Shown here piece by piece: positions 38,502-39,970 of a DNA stretch of 39,970 nucleotides. The translations under genes were made by a program, and so were the position numbers. Origin of the DNA: Welwitschia mirabilis (lineage: Eukaryota); contig JBOZIK010000001.1 of assembly GCA_051453625.1 (NCBI GenBank), forward strand, positions 30,234,766 through 30,274,735. Reading direction: 5' to 3'. Position 1 is the first letter of the stretch. Every line of letters starts with the position of its first letter. The notes under the pieces are model-generated. The model was given only the letters and a program-made list of their open reading frames with translations, ran no database searches and had not been told where the DNA came from.

Positions 38502-39970
38502 TGTGATCCCAAATTGTCATATTTTAATGGTGTAATTGGCAATGTTTTTTTATAGGGAATAGGAACTCAATTTAGTCATTTCCAGGCATTTTATCATGAA
38601 CTAATGTAACAATCTAATTATGACATTAAATGTCATATTTTCATCTAGAAAAGTGAGAATTCAATCAAGGAATAAAATGAAGGAAAAAGTGGAAGAAAAG
38701 ATCAACAAATTGGCTATCATCCTTAATGTCTTCCCCATAACATAAGGCATGACCACATGGATTAAGGCATTTAAATGAGGCTAACAAGACTAGCTTGGTG
38801 AGGCTGACATGACTTGCTAGTGTGGCTGTCATGAGGATGTCGTCCCCATAACATAGGAGACAACATAGCTGTTAACTTTCAAATTCAAAAACCAATGATA
38901 TTCTGATGGCAGGCTGTGACTGGCTTATGAAGGTATGCCATGTCCAGTGTCATGCTCATAATGATAGTAACATGACAGTGCCATAAATTCTTCTTAATTG
39001 AATCAATTAAGATCTAGTTTATGCCTAATGATGCTTTTTTTGCTGTACCGACCTCCTTGACCCATAACCACCTTAGAAAGGCTACAAAACCCACCATTTA
39101 GTATTATTTGGTCATTTTTTAGCATTGAAGGATTGGTGACAAAGGTATTCAAGGAGTCAAGGATCCAATTCAGTATAGAAAAGATTGTTCTTGGTGTGAA
39201 GGCTATGTTTTTGACATTAAGGAGTCACTACCTTGTTGAGGTATTGTAAAACATTCCATTGATTTAATAAAATGTCTTTCTTCTATGATTTGTATTGAAG
39301 TTTGATTAATACTATTTCCTAGATTAATTCTAAATCAAACATAGTTCATAAGGGTTGAGTTGGGTGATAACAACTTATAAATTTGGTTATCATAGGCTTG
39401 CATTTTATCTTACTTTCCTACTTTACATTGCACATTAGAATAATTGCATTGTCAATTTCNNNNNNNNNNNNNNNNNNNNNNNNNNNNNNNNNNNNNNNNN
39501 NNNNNNNNNNNNNNNNNNNNNNNNNNNNNNNNNNNTGCTTGATTAAATTGTTTCTTTATGCTCTCTAGATTATGACATTCATTAGTTAATTCATCTTATA
39601 CTAAGCCTAATTACAATTTCCCTGTTTAGAGCATTGATTATTTTTGAAGTGCAAATTTAGGCCACCAATATTTTGGCACCATTACTAGTAAACATTAGAA
39701 TAATCTATCAAGTGCATTGAAATCAAAATTAAATAGATTGAATTTATGCTATTATTATTCATATTTACTTTTGATTTTTATCTAATATCTATTATTGCAA
39801 TCTACTTACTTTGAGGAGATTACCTAAAGAGATCTACTTTTCCTTTGATCAAAGGCAAGATTATCTCCAAAGTCTACTCCTATTCAAGCAAGATTATTCA
39901 CCTTTAGAGAGTAACATATTGTTTTCACTTATTGTTTATGTTGTGCACCCTTTAATTGTCTCTTCTTTTC
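38502..39970 (+). mobile_element. Athila-like LTR inserted after RNase H of element 2, running off the window end
   Basis: Pol similarity (VDTVNYLIT..P) stops abruptly at TGTGATCCCAAATTGTCATATTTT. The following non-coding sequence has LTR-like composition and the same CCCC-loop hairpin motif. Confidence 0.65.

Overview
Very AT-rich land-plant (seed-plant-like, large-genome) DNA from a fragmented short-read assembly with many 100-N gaps. No intact protein-coding gene is visible. The window is mostly old, nested LTR retrotransposons: three Athila-like, one CRM-like and one near-complete Reina-like Ty3/gypsy element, plus an Ale-like and a SIRE-like Ty1/copia element, all degraded by C>T/G>A changes. 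Within this are decayed host-gene fragments that appear to be carried by non-autonomous LTR elements. (i) A Tekay/Del-like element has giant LTRs (about 3-4 kb) around an internal region of only ~184 bp (PBS to PPT), and both LTRs carry a KANSL2/INO80D-like (zf-C3Hc3H) exon with its intron donor region. (ii) A pair of short copia-like LTR sequences brackets two back-to-back gene fragments, ARMADILLO REPEAT ONLY-like (split by the Reina insertion) and PRISE/VEP1-like reductase. Family calls come from manual translation and remembered motifs, not database searches, and many boundaries are approximate.
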